Of a DNA stretch of 63,924 bases, positions 37,034 to 45,627 are shown one piece after another. The notes below the pieces were generated by a model that saw only the letters and a list, made by a program, of their open reading frames with translations, searched no databases and was not told where the DNA came from. Position 1 is the stretch's first letter. Every line of letters begins with the position of its first letter. This DNA is from Planctomycetota bacterium (GTDB lineage Bacteria > Planctomycetota > Planctomycetia > Pirellulales > Thermoguttaceae). The stretch spans positions 1-63,924 of the forward strand of contig JAHIKV010000324.1 in the NCBI GenBank assembly GCA_018897395.1, written 5' to 3'. The position numbers and the translations under genes are program-made.

Positions 37034-37990
37034 TTAGCCATCTCGCTCGCATCTTACCCTGCCGTCTTCGCATATTACCGCAACGTGGTCGGTCCCTTGA
37101 ACCCGGTCAACGCCTTTCTCCCTAGCGTATTTGGTCAACTTCTTCGCCAGCACCCACGCACGGTCAACCTTTTGGTCCACGACCTTCTTTAGAAGAGCCA
37201 GTTCTTCGACGGCTTCTCCCAACTCCAGCCCCGGCCCGCCGCCATTCCCCTTCTTGGCCTTGTCTGGCTTCTTCTTCCCTTCCCACAGCGGACACCTTTC
37301 TATGTAGTCGCACCATGGGCAAAGCGGCCCCTTGCTCGGCTGAAACTCCTTGTCCTCAATTGCCGTGACCACCCGGGCGATTTCCTCTTTGGCCTCGGCT
37401 ATCCGTTCTTTGCTTATCGTCACGCTGTGCTTATGGTTCGGCAGCACGTAGTAGAATGAGGCCGTCTCCGGTTCCACTCCCCAAACCTCGCTTACTGCCA
37501 TGTGGTAGATCGGCAGTTGTAGGTCGGTCTTGAGTATCTTCGCTGGCGGCAGGCGTCGGCTTGTCTTGTAGTCAATTATTTCGAAACCGCCGTCCGGGTC
37601 CTTGTCCAGCCGGTCGATTCTCCCGCTCATTTTGCAAACGCCCAGGTCTATCAAGAACTTGCGCTCCAGGGCCACCGGTACCCTGAACTCCCCAACATTA
37701 TGCTTGTGGAAGCACCGCAGGATTCCCTGCGCCTGATAGAAGTACATTGTTTCCTCGCCCTTCGAGGTGTACCCGTCACCTATCCAGCAGGTTTCCAGGT
37801 ACTCCAGCAGGTCGTCCAGAGGTCTGGGGTCCGCGGTTGGGATGTCGTAGAACCACCTCAAGGCTTCATGTACGCTGTTCCCAAACGAGAACACCGCCTT
37901 CGGCCCAACCCGTATCTTGTCAACGTACTGGTACTTGTACTGTAACGGACAGTTTTGATACGTGCTTATCGCGCTATAACTGGCTCTCAT
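37034..37990 (-). CDS. PD-(D/E)XK nuclease, Cas4/RecB-exonuclease-like with 4-Cys cluster
   Basis: N-terminal Cys (YQNCPLQYKY), core GRIDRLD...FEIIDYKTSRR...QLPIYH, and C-terminal CPWCDYIERC. Confidence 0.8.
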   Translation of the reverse strand: MRASYSAISTYQNCPLQYKYQYVDKIRVGPKAVFSFGNSVHEALRWFYDIPTADPRPLDDLLEYLETCWIGDGYTSKGEETMYFYQAQGILRCFHKHNVGEFRVPVALERKFLIDLGVCKMSGRIDRLDKDPDGGFEIIDYKTSRRLPPAKILKTDLQLPIYHMAVSEVWGVEPETASFYYVLPNHKHSVTISKERIAEAKEEIARVVTAIEDKEFQPSKGPLCPWCDYIERCPLWEGKKKPDKAKKGNGGGPGLELGEAVEELALLKKVVDQKVDRAWVLAKKLTKYAREKGVDRVQGTDHVAVICEDGRVRCERDG

Positions 37991-38032
37991 CTTGTCAAAT
38001 CATCCACCTTTCGGGTTGTATTCCTGTCTGTT

Positions 38033-38061
38033 ATATTATAATGCGTGGGATAGTACGTCAA
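38033..38061 (-). promoter_or_regulatory. element-type promoter
   Basis: GTTGACGTACTATCCCACGCATTA-TAATAT. Confidence 0.7.
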
Positions 38062-38101
38062 CTGTTTTAGAAACACACATTTTTCTTTTCAAGCCATTCT
38101 C

Positions 38102-38617
38102 CTAGTAAGTCGAGTATCCAATCTCGTCCATGCTACTGTAGAGCTGCTCACCGCATTCCCCGCACCGCAACGAAAACAGTTCCGACTCGTCATGTATTCT
38201 GCTGTCGTTGTTCATCTTGAGTTCTGCCATCCCCCCAGGCCTCAGTTTCAATTCTGCCTTGTATTGACAGGCTTCTTCGATCGCCACATCCAGCCCGGAA
38301 CATGCCTCCAGGTCTGCCCCACATTTCGGGCACCTCCCGTCCAGTCCTACGCCCGCGATGCTCCTTAGCTCGCCAGCCGTGGGCACCCGGCTCTCCCCCG
38401 TGTCCCCGATATCCTCTCCCCTCATCTCCTTAAGGTCATCCAGGTTTGCCCAGGCGTACCTGGCCGCCATCCTTACGGCCCCTGGTTCTTTTGCCTCTAG
38501 GTCTTTCTCGGTAGGCACGTTTGCCCCGGTTTCCGCCGCTATCTCCCTAAGGTGATCGTAGTTGGCCAGTGTGTATGCCACCACGAACTCTCTTGCATTC
38601 GCTTCCGTTGCTTCCAT
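38102..38617 (-). CDS. zinc-ribbon hypothetical protein
   Basis: 171 aa with CPKCGADLEAC and CGECGEQL. Confidence 0.5.
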   Translation of the reverse strand: MEATEANAREFVVAYTLANYDHLREIAAETGANVPTEKDLEAKEPGAVRMAARYAWANLDDLKEMRGEDIGDTGESRVPTAGELRSIAGVGLDGRCPKCGADLEACSGLDVAIEEACQYKAELKLRPGGMAELKMNNDSRIHDESELFSLRCGECGEQLYSSMDEIGYSTY

Positions 38618-38640
38618 CAGCTTCCTCCTGGGTTATCTTG

Positions 38641-39798
38641 CTAAGCGGCCCTCGCTATAGATGTTGGCCTCGGCTTGTTCATTATTTCGCGCAGCTCGTC
38701 CGGTCCCCACGGTCGGAACGCTTCTTCAAACGTTGCTGCGTCCAGCAACTTCCGTCTGGTCAGTTCGCAGGATGGGATGGATCCCCGGGAGTGTATTGCT
38801 CCGTGCAGGACCCTCTTAAACTTCTCAACCGTTTGAAGCTGGTCGATGTCCCAGTTCCGAGACACAAAGTTGTTCTTCGGCTCTGCCGTCTTGTGTTGGT
38901 ATCTCATCGGGAACGCGGCCACGCCCCACTCGATAAGTGTGTTTATGCGCGCCCAGAAAGACTCCGGCGTATCCCTGAAGTTGTACAGCACGTAAACCAT
39001 TACGCGGCTCGGGTTTATCCCGGCGTCCTTTATCAACCCCACGGTTCGCTTAAGCGGCCGGAACACCTTTCCCTGGTCGTAGGCAAGCCTTATGGTTTTG
39101 ACCTTCGACTTCCTAAGGAACTCTACGTCGCCTTCGTTCACCCTACGGCAGTCGAGCCCCTGACTAAAATCTATCTCCTTGATGTTGGGCATCTCCGCCA
39201 CCTCGCCCAGCACGTCTTTCCAATGGGCGTTGGCAAAGAAATTATTGTCCCAGAAGACAACCTTTTTGTGATTTTCTTCTACGAGATGTTTCACCGATCG
39301 CTTCTCTTCGAACTCAGGCTCCAGCAGCCTCACGAAGCAGTACGGGCACTTCTCGGGGCAGCCCCTGGATGCGAACACCTGGCTTGTAGACCCGTGCTTT
39401 ATCATCCTGTCATCGTCTGCTGGTAGCAAGTCGTAATCAGGCATGAGGTCTTCCGCCTCCGGGAATACGCCCCTGTGTACCTCAACGTCATCTCCCCAGT
39501 AATCCTCGATATCACCAGGGCAAAGGCTTGCGTAAATTCCACCGCAAATCAGCCTTGCCTTGGGATAAGCGTTCCGGTAGAAGGTTATCGCCTCACCTAC
39601 CCGCTCGAAAGCGTATGTATACAGGCTGGTGATGTAAATTACGTCTGGGTTATATCGGCAGTCGTCTGGCCCACACACATACTTGACCTCATCCCCCAAC
39701 GCCTTATGGTATGCGCTCAGTTTGAGCAGGCCCAGCGGGGGGTAGGTTACGTGGTACTTGATCAACGATCTCCTCGGTTCAACCAGTAGTACTCTCAC
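38641..39798 (-). CDS. B12-binding-domain radical SAM protein
   Basis: N-terminal Rossmann-like B12 region (RVLLVEP...PPLGLLKLSAY), then the radical SAM cluster motif SRGCPEKCPYC. Confidence 0.8.
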   Translation of the reverse strand: MRVLLVEPRRSLIKYHVTYPPLGLLKLSAYHKALGDEVKYVCGPDDCRYNPDVIYITSLYTYAFERVGEAITFYRNAYPKARLICGGIYASLCPGDIEDYWGDDVEVHRGVFPEAEDLMPDYDLLPADDDRMIKHGSTSQVFASRGCPEKCPYCFVRLLEPEFEEKRSVKHLVEENHKKVVFWDNNFFANAHWKDVLGEVAEMPNIKEIDFSQGLDCRRVNEGDVEFLRKSKVKTIRLAYDQGKVFRPLKRTVGLIKDAGINPSRVMVYVLYNFRDTPESFWARINTLIEWGVAAFPMRYQHKTAEPKNNFVSRNWDIDQLQTVEKFKRVLHGAIHSRGSIPSCELTRRKLLDAATFEEAFRPWGPDELREIMNKPRPTSIARAA

Positions 39799-40036
39799 TC
39801 TTATGCCCCTTCAGTTTCCACAAGGCCTTCCGAGCCTTCCCTATCTTCCCGAAATAGTCGCTTATCTCTTCCTCAACCGTATCTGGTGCCCACTCCGCTG
39901 CCAGGTAAACGGCCTCATCAATATCTCTTATCTCCTCGCTGGAGAGTTCCTGGTAACCGATTCCGTTTCCCGCCACTCTCTCCAGAGCCTCTTTTGTCCT
40001 TTCCCCATCATCTATTTTCACTACTACTAATCTCAT
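39779..40036 (-). CDS. hypothetical protein
   Basis: 85 aa. First gene after the promoter at 40072-40100. Confidence 0.45.
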   Translation of the reverse strand: MRLVVVKIDDGERTKEALERVAGNGIGYQELSSEEIRDIDEAVYLAAEWAPDTVEEEISDYFGKIGKARKALWKLKGHKSESTTG

Positions 40037-40071
40037 CTTTTCCCCTCGGGAACGTTCGTTATCTTGTTTAT

Positions 40072-40100
40072 ATATTATTATGTAAGGGATAGTACGTCAA
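40072..40100 (-). promoter_or_regulatory. element-type promoter
   Basis: GTTGACGTACTATCCCTTACATAA-TAATAT. Confidence 0.7.
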
Positions 40101-40244
40101 CCTTATAGCTTTATTCATCCCCATTCTCGGCCTCCCGGGTCGCCTCATTTCCTTTTATGACTTCTCCCAATCAAATTTCTCACAGGATGGCGGGTCTAAC
40201 CGCTCTCCTGGAAAAAATAGACAAAAAAGGCAACTGGATCGTAT

Positions 40245-40298
40245 GGTTTACAGGGGTTACGTGGTTTACAAGGGTTTACAAGTTTACCTGGGTTTACA
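40245..40298. repeat. iteron-like array of six GGTTTACA-type repeats at ~9-10 bp spacing
   Basis: GGTTTACA at 40245, 40263, 40273 and 40291. Degenerate GGTTAC at 40255 and GTTTACC at 40282. Preceded by an A-rich tract (GGAAAAAATAGACAAAAAAGG). Confidence 0.7.
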
Positions 40299-40376
40299 TA
40301 GAGAATATATTGTGGCTATTCAGGGACATGTAACCAAGAGGAATGCAAGTCTGTGTAATCCCTGTGGAAGTGTTTT

Positions 40377-40796
40377 TTACTGTGCTAGTTTCCAAAAGAT
40401 GCTGGCAAGAATTATAGCTTCACCAAGAAGCAACAGGAGGACTTGCACGACGATTATGCGGCTTTGTATCACAGAAACTCGCTTCTTTTGGATTGCATCC
40501 ACAGACATGTTCTTTTCCTTCTCCTTTTTTCTGGTAGTTAACCACGAGATACCCGGAAGCTCCTCTTCGTAATATGCGTATTCCCATAGTGCGCTTACAC
40601 CAGCGCCTATGGAGAGCAAGAGAGATCCCAATCCGACTGCGAGAATTAACATTGGAGTTTCGGTGGCGCATACTGCCTCTGCTCCAGAGAAGGCTGCCGC
40701 CACTAAGAACCCAAGGATGATCGACATACTGACTGCGGCCACCGTTGACAATCTTTCAGAAAGTCTCAGGTAAGCTTCTGCCACTTTTGGCTTCAT
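40377..40796 (-). CDS. membrane protein, unknown function
   Basis: 139 aa with three hydrophobic segments. AT-rich. Confidence 0.5.
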   Translation of the reverse strand: MKPKVAEAYLRLSERLSTVAAVSMSIILGFLVAAAFSGAEAVCATETPMLILAVGLGSLLLSIGAGVSALWEYAYYEEELPGISWLTTRKKEKEKNMSVDAIQKKRVSVIQSRIIVVQVLLLLLGEAIILASIFWKLAQ

Positions 40797-40859
40797 TGGA
40801 AAACTCCTTTTCTATTTCTCCCCATCTTCCCCAAAAAGTACAACCGGGCATACCCTAAG

Positions 40860-41288
40860 CTATCCCCCTCGGCCTCCCTTAATCCTTCTCCTCTGCCTGA
40901 ACACCGGGTCATGTTTCTTTCTCTCAAACGACCCGCCTCCCCAGCCTTCCGCTCCCGCCATATCAAGGACATCCTCCTTTGATACCGACATCCCCCTCGT
41001 CCCCTTAAACTCCTGCTTACCCTTCTTTGTTATTACTATTGTCCCCGTTTTTCTTACCCCTATTGGCACGTAGGCCAGGCGGACCTCTCCCCCTTCACCC
41101 ATGTGTCCCTGGAACAACGCCGCCATGTCATCTTGCTTCTTCTCCCATTCCATGACTGTCCCGCTGGCCATCAGATGCCCTTGGTGAACCATCGCCGGCA
41201 GCCCCAACAGTTCCAGGCCTTCGGCAATCTCGCTTATTTCCCCGGCATTTATTCCGGTTGCTTTCCCTAACACAAAGTAAACGTCCAT
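40860..41288 (-). CDS. hypothetical protein, near-leaderless
   Basis: ATG 41288 lies about 10 nt after the -10 of the promoter at 41299-41327. The longer ORF-track start falls inside the promoter. Confidence 0.45.
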   Translation of the reverse strand: MDVYFVLGKATGINAGEISEIAEGLELLGLPAMVHQGHLMASGTVMEWEKKQDDMAALFQGHMGEGGEVRLAYVPIGVRKTGTIVITKKGKQEFKGTRGMSVSKEDVLDMAGAEGWGGGSFERKKHDPVFRQRRRIKGGRGG

Positions 41289-41298
41289 TTCTTTTTCA

Positions 41299-41327
41299 AA
41301 GATAGGGGCTGTGGAATAGTGCGTCAA
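41299..41327 (-). promoter_or_regulatory. element-type promoter
   Basis: GTTGACGCACTATTCCACAGCCCC-TATCTT. Confidence 0.6.
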
Positions 41328-41349
41328 CCTCAATCGGCCAGAATGACCC

Positions 41350-41703
41350 TTATATCATGTCTGCGTCATCATTCCCCAGAAATATGGGCCAGAAGGTATT
41401 TTCGGGCAACTCATCCCCAGAGTACTTGCCCTCCAGGGTCGTCTCTCGCCATACGAACGGCGACGGTAGTTCTCTTGCCACTTCTCGTGCTGCCTTAATG
41501 TGGGGCGAGTATATGACTGTGTGGCTTGAGCTGACCACCAGTTTTTGGTTTTTCTTGAACGCCTTTTCTACTCGCCACTTTGCGTATCTCATGCTCCAGC
41601 ATGCCACGTATCCATCTTCAGCACATCTCACGGACCTGTTCCCGAACACTCCGGTGTTCCTTATCAGGTATTTTGCGCTCTCGAGCGACTTTGCCTTGTT
41701 CAC
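41350..41703 (-). CDS. hypothetical protein
   Basis: 117 aa. 4-nt overlap with the upstream gene. Confidence 0.45.
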   Translation of the reverse strand: MNKAKSLESAKYLIRNTGVFGNRSVRCAEDGYVACWSMRYAKWRVEKAFKKNQKLVVSSSHTVIYSPHIKAAREVARELPSPFVWRETTLEGKYSGDELPENTFWPIFLGNDDADMI

Positions 41704-42410
41704 CGTGCCCCCGCTCCTGCTTCCCTCAGGCCTCTTGGGTCTTCTCTGTTCTTAGCAAACACCGGGTTTGCCCTGCCATGCCCGTATTCGTCATTGTTTA
41801 TACTTATCTCGTGGGCCCCTGCCTCAGTGAGTTCACTCCTTCTCCTTACCCCCCCTTCGGTTCGAACCAGGTATGCCTTCTTGTCCCCATCGAGTGGCAC
41901 GACGATCTCTGGCTTGCTGTCCCCCAGTGTTATTAAGACCTCCGGGTCCTCCAGACGCCAAGTCTCGCCGCTGGCCCGAGCGACGAATACACCCCCTTCT
42001 GGAGTCTTCCATATATCCTCGCGCACAGCTTCCCAGGTCGCCTGCGATTCCCCCTTGACTAGGCTGCTTGTTTTCGCGTCCAGGAATCTGCCCTTTCCGT
42101 GGTCCCAGACGAACGTTAGCCCGAGCGTGCTTCCGTCCAGGTAGACTCGCCCCATCTTTCCTAGTCCGGCTTGTCCCGCAAACACCACGTTCATTACCAT
42201 CTTGGTCAACCGGTGTTCCCTGTTGTCTATTGCATGATCTCTTGTTATTAATGCGTGGTTGAAACTGACGAGCTTCCTTGACCCCTCGGCCGGCTTGTAC
42301 CCGTTTGATCTCTTGGTGCTGAACGCTACCCTGAAAGGGCAGCGCTCTTCCCCTTCCAACCAAAAAGGCATACAGGTTGTCTTCCCCTCGCCGTTTGCTG
42401 TTGTCAACAC
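41700..42410 (-). CDS. hypothetical protein with N-terminal GEGKTT P-loop-like motif
   Basis: GTG start with an AGGAGAGG RBS. TTANGEGKTTC at residues 3-13. The rest is unassigned. Confidence 0.45.
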   Translation of the reverse strand: MLTTANGEGKTTCMPFWLEGEERCPFRVAFSTKRSNGYKPAEGSRKLVSFNHALITRDHAIDNREHRLTKMVMNVVFAGQAGLGKMGRVYLDGSTLGLTFVWDHGKGRFLDAKTSSLVKGESQATWEAVREDIWKTPEGGVFVARASGETWRLEDPEVLITLGDSKPEIVVPLDGDKKAYLVRTEGGVRRRSELTEAGAHEISINNDEYGHGRANPVFAKNREDPRGLREAGAGAR

Positions 42411-42450
42411 CTCTCCTGTTTCCCCCTAGTTTGCCGCTTTTCTGCCTTGC

Positions 42451-43146
42451 TCAGGCGACCCCCACCTTCGCTTGCGTTTTTACCTTCCCGTTTCCCGGGG
42501 TTGCCACGTAGATTGCGGGCTTGAACTCCGAGTTCTTGAACGTTATCGCTCTCTTCGCCAACTCCAGCACGTCTTCTATGGTGTTCACCGAGTTGTACGC
42601 ATTCCTGTAGTCTTTGACTAGAGTTCTTGGGCAAGCCAGCCCTCTCTGATGCGCGAGGTCTAGTGCGCCACGCAAAATGGAATCCAGTATCACGGTAAGC
42701 ACTGGCACGCCGAGAAGCGCTCCGTTAAGGTACGCCTGCGCACCCCATATTGTTATGCTGTCCCCTGAAACCGACACCGTCTCGAATGCGTAGTCGTCCT
42801 CTCCGGTTAGCCTGGAGACCACTCCACTTCTTGTCCCTTGTGCCAGGTACACCTTGCAGGACTCTAATGCCTCCTTTGACCTTCTCCCCCACACCTCACC
42901 CAGTCGCTCTGCGTCCACCTGGACCTCGACCCTGTCGCCGGCGTACCCATCCTTGAATCCCGCGTAGATCTCCCGGGCAATGTTTTCCGGCATCTCCCTC
43001 CAGGCTTCCGTTTCTCTTTCTACGGGACGCAGTTTCCTTTCGCTCGCTCCTTCCCCCCCTTTGACGTCAACTGGCTCTTCCCGGGCCTCCCTGTCACGCT
43101 CCTGGCCGATCCTTTCAACCAATCTCCGCGCCTCCATCTCTGTCAT
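42451..43146 (-). CDS. hypothetical protein (candidate replication or partition factor by position only)
   Basis: ATG 43146, 8 nt after AGGAGG. First gene of the operon, divergent from two small plus-strand genes. Confidence 0.45.
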   Translation of the reverse strand: MTEMEARRLVERIGQERDREAREEPVDVKGGEGASERKLRPVERETEAWREMPENIAREIYAGFKDGYAGDRVEVQVDAERLGEVWGRRSKEALESCKVYLAQGTRSGVVSRLTGEDDYAFETVSVSGDSITIWGAQAYLNGALLGVPVLTVILDSILRGALDLAHQRGLACPRTLVKDYRNAYNSVNTIEDVLELAKRAITFKNSEFKPAIYVATPGNGKVKTQAKVGVA

Positions 43147-43195
43147 GCGACCCACCTCCTGTGTCCTTTGTCATTAAAACCTATCATAAGTAATA

Positions 43196-43224
43196 TTGAT
43201 ATGTCAATTATTATTGTTTATAAT
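43196..43224 (+). promoter_or_regulatory. promoter for the small Cys-rich gene
   Basis: TTGATA, 17 nt, TATAAT. Confidence 0.6.
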
Positions 43225-43254
43225 AGTAATAGTTCTTTCTACAGGAGGTGCCAG

Positions 43255-43494
43255 ATGGAGGTTTCTTGTGACGTAAAGACCCGCTACGTTTGCCTCTGTT
43301 GCGGGATGGAGTCCGTTTTCTGTATTACGGGGGGCGGTGAATGCCCTCCTCCCCCTGACGCAACATCCCGCTATTTATCTGTGACGGTTAGCGACGGCCA
43401 TTGGTCGGGATGGACACTGGTCTGCCCGGGCTGCCTCCTGGGATGCTCTTGCCGCGGGACCGACATAACCGTTGTAGAGGAGCGCGATAAATAA
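43255..43494 (+). CDS. small Cys-rich protein
   Basis: ATG 43255 after an AGGAGG RBS. 79 aa with CLCC, CPGC and CSC motifs. Confidence 0.5.
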   Translation: MEVSCDVKTRYVCLCCGMESVFCITGGGECPPPPDATSRYLSVTVSDGHWSGWTLVCPGCLLGCSCRGTDITVVEERDK

Positions 43495-43506
43495 TTGAAA
43501 TAATAA

Positions 43507-43535
43507 ATGACGTATTATTATATGTTATCTATAAT
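43507..43535 (+). promoter_or_regulatory. plus-strand variant of the element-type promoter
   Basis: ATGACGTATTATTATATGTTATC-TATAAT. Confidence 0.55.
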
Positions 43536-43555
43536 GGTAACAGGAGGTGGTCATT

Positions 43556-43807
43556 ATGTTCCGAACCAACGGGAGGAACCTACAACAAGAGATTCGCAAG
43601 GCCAACAAATTGGCCAGTAAGGCGGACGATCGGTCCTCGCGCAACCTGCTCAGGACGGATATGGAGAACCCGATGTGTCTCTCTAACTACCTGAGAATGG
43701 CCACGGTTTGCGCATGGAACAGTCTTTGCCTATCTACGGACCGAAGGCTTTACGGCAGAAAAAAGAGTCACATACTCTCTTATCTCGATTCGTCGACATC
43801 TCTTTGA
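43556..43807 (+). CDS. small basic hypothetical protein
   Basis: ATG 43556, 8 nt after AGGAGG. 83 aa. Confidence 0.45.
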   Translation: MFRTNGRNLQQEIRKANKLASKADDRSSRNLLRTDMENPMCLSNYLRMATVCAWNSLCLSTDRRLYGRKKSHILSYLDSSTSL

Positions 43808-43849
43808 GAAGGCAATTCCGCGTTTCTCCAAACTCTTTTCCTCCTCAAT

Positions 43850-43880
43850 AAAAAAGGAGACCGGCTCTTGGCCGGTCTCC
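43850..43880 (-). terminator. intrinsic terminator
   Basis: GGAGACCGGC-CAAGA-GCCGGUCUCC followed by UUUUUU on the minus strand. Confidence 0.75.
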
Positions 43881-44024
43881 CCGCGGTCCTATCAGGTCGT
43901 TGCTCAACCCGCAAACCACGATGTCTTCGTGTTTCTTGTGGCTTTCGCCTCTTAGAAACTCCCCAGATCGCAAAATAGCGAACGCGGTTTATAATGTGGG
44001 GATATTGCAATTAGACGCCGTCTT
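43850..44024 (-). ncRNA. candidate ~175-nt small RNA
   Basis: Runs from the promoter at 44031-44059 to the terminator at 43850-43880. The only ORF (43780..44010) reads straight through the terminator. Confidence 0.45.
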
Positions 44025-44030
44025 GCTTAC

Positions 44031-44059
44031 ATCTTAGCAAGATACTTGCTTCACGTCAA
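44031..44059 (-). promoter_or_regulatory. promoter of the candidate small RNA
   Basis: GTTGACGTGAAGCAAGTATCTTGC-TAAGAT. Confidence 0.55.
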
Positions 44060-44194
44060 CAAAAAATAACCAACACCGGCTATTCCTTCTCAATAAAGCT
44101 CTCTCTAACTCTGCCGGTCTCGCTAATTGCTTGATGGCCCGTCATCTCGTCTATTGCTCGCCAGCCGGGCTCTGCCTGGCCTTCCTTGAAGTAG

Positions 44195-44220
44195 AAGGAG
44201 CGCCCCTTGGGGCGCTCCTT
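44195..44220 (-). terminator. ssb terminator hairpin
   Basis: AAGGAGCGCCCC/GGGGCGCUCCUU palindrome followed by CUACUU, about 35 nt after the ssb stop. Confidence 0.5.
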
Positions 44221-44253
44221 CCCGTTCGAGGCGCGTCTCTGCGCGGTCGTTAC

Positions 44254-44799
44254 CTACCAGGGTCCCCCATCATCAATGGGTTCGACGGGGTCTTCTCTTG
44301 CTGGTACCTGTGGCGCCGGAGCCGTCTTGTTGCCACTTCCTTCTATGGTCCCACCGAGGATATCCTCTAGTGGGTCAACGACCGCCTCTGTTGCCGGACG
44401 CTGCGGCTGGCTCGGTTGCTCCTGACGGTTCGTGTTCCTGTTGTTGGACCCGTTCCCGTTCTTGGCGATTGTCTCCAGGTTGTTCACTTTCAACTGGAGT
44501 TGGAACCGCTTCTGCCCCGTCTCGGCATCATCCCAGCTCCGTGGCACCAATTTCCCATCAACCGCGATGTAGTCGCCGACCTTGAGCCCACCGTTGTTCA
44601 CGATGGTTTTTGCGTAGTTGCCCCACGCGACAGCGGTCATGTACAGAACGTCGTCCTCCCACACCCCGTCGCCATTCTTCTTTCTGCCGTTCACGGCTAT
44701 CCGAAGGTTCACGCGGGGTGTCCCGTCCTCGTTCGGCGGTTCGAATAGCTTCGCGTCCTTCGTCAACCTTCCCGTCAGCATCGTCCTGTTTACATTCAT
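44254..44799 (-). CDS. ssb: single-stranded DNA-binding protein
   Basis: OB-fold N-terminus (MNVNRTMLTGRLTKDAKL...YMTAVAWG), a Gly/Asn/Gln/Pro-rich linker, and an acidic tail EPIDDGGPW. Confidence 0.9.
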   Translation of the reverse strand: MNVNRTMLTGRLTKDAKLFEPPNEDGTPRVNLRIAVNGRKKNGDGVWEDDVLYMTAVAWGNYAKTIVNNGGLKVGDYIAVDGKLVPRSWDDAETGQKRFQLQLKVNNLETIAKNGNGSNNRNTNRQEQPSQPQRPATEAVVDPLEDILGGTIEGSGNKTAPAPQVPAREDPVEPIDDGGPW

Positions 44800-44836
44800 C
44801 CCTTCCCCCTCTGTCTATCGCCTCGACACTATGTAT

Positions 44837-44865
44837 ATAATAGGGTGGATAGGATAGTGCGTCAA
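44837..44865 (-). promoter_or_regulatory. element-type promoter (ssb)
   Basis: GTTGACGCACTATCCTATCCACCC-TATTAT. Confidence 0.7.
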
Positions 44866-44927
44866 CCTTGAATCCAATAATATATTGTCCTTCGGGTGTT
44901 TTCTGGTGTCTCTCTGTGCTGTTCTAT

Positions 44928-45602
44928 CTACCGCACTTGGTCTATCAGGCTTTTTCCCTGGCTAACGAGTGTTTCTAGGCCAACTTCCTTTAGTACCTCT
45001 CCCCAGTTCGCCTCGCTCAACACCTTGCTCCAGTCGAGAGTTTCCAGCACTCCCTTGGCGTCGGCCTCCTCCACCGTTTCCCCGGGTCCGCTTTTCACGC
45101 TAATCGTTTTCTCCACTTTTTCCCAGTCCACCTGATCGAGAAGGCTCTCCCAGTCAATCTTGCCATTCATTATCGCCTTGCTCATGTCTATCTTCTCTGC
45201 CACCTGGTCCAACGGCAACGGAAACTCCACGGCTGATCCTATTGATTCTAGCAATACCTCTATCTGCGGCACTTTCAGCTCTAGGGGTATGCCGTTGCCG
45301 ACATCGAACTTTACAGGAACTTCCGACAGGCCGCTCATCCTTATGTCCACCGGTGGGACTTCTTCCATTTTCACCTCAGCAGTGATCGGCGGTATCTCTC
45401 CCGCTTCCACCCTGACCGGTATCTCCCCGCTCATGTCCACGTTGACGTTGAGGTCAACTTCGGGGTCTTCCATCTTCACCTTCATGGAAGCTCCTGGCTC
45501 CATCTCCACAGAAGTTTTTATCGCCCCACAGCCTGCCGCCAGCATCACTCCCATCGCCGCCACGACTGTTATTGCCACCACTATTGTTGCCCATTTTCTC
45601 AT
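44928..45602 (-). CDS. lipoprotein, unknown function
   Basis: Lipobox MLAAGCG. 224 aa, acidic. Confidence 0.55.
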   Translation of the reverse strand: MRKWATIVVAITVVAAMGVMLAAGCGAIKTSVEMEPGASMKVKMEDPEVDLNVNVDMSGEIPVRVEAGEIPPITAEVKMEEVPPVDIRMSGLSEVPVKFDVGNGIPLELKVPQIEVLLESIGSAVEFPLPLDQVAEKIDMSKAIMNGKIDWESLLDQVDWEKVEKTISVKSGPGETVEEADAKGVLETLDWSKVLSEANWGEVLKEVGLETLVSQGKSLIDQVR

Positions 45603-45627
45603 CTTGCTCTTCCTCCTGGTCGCTCTT

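Noticed and set aside
40243-40572. 109-aa ORF (MVYRGYVVYKGLQVYLG...)
   Set aside because: Its N-terminus is simply the GGTTTACA iteron array translated. It has no RBS, and the remainder runs antisense to the membrane-protein gene.
43780-44010. 76-aa ORF with TTG start
   Set aside because: It reads through a strong intrinsic terminator stem and is Arg-rich. I interpret it as a non-coding transcript instead.
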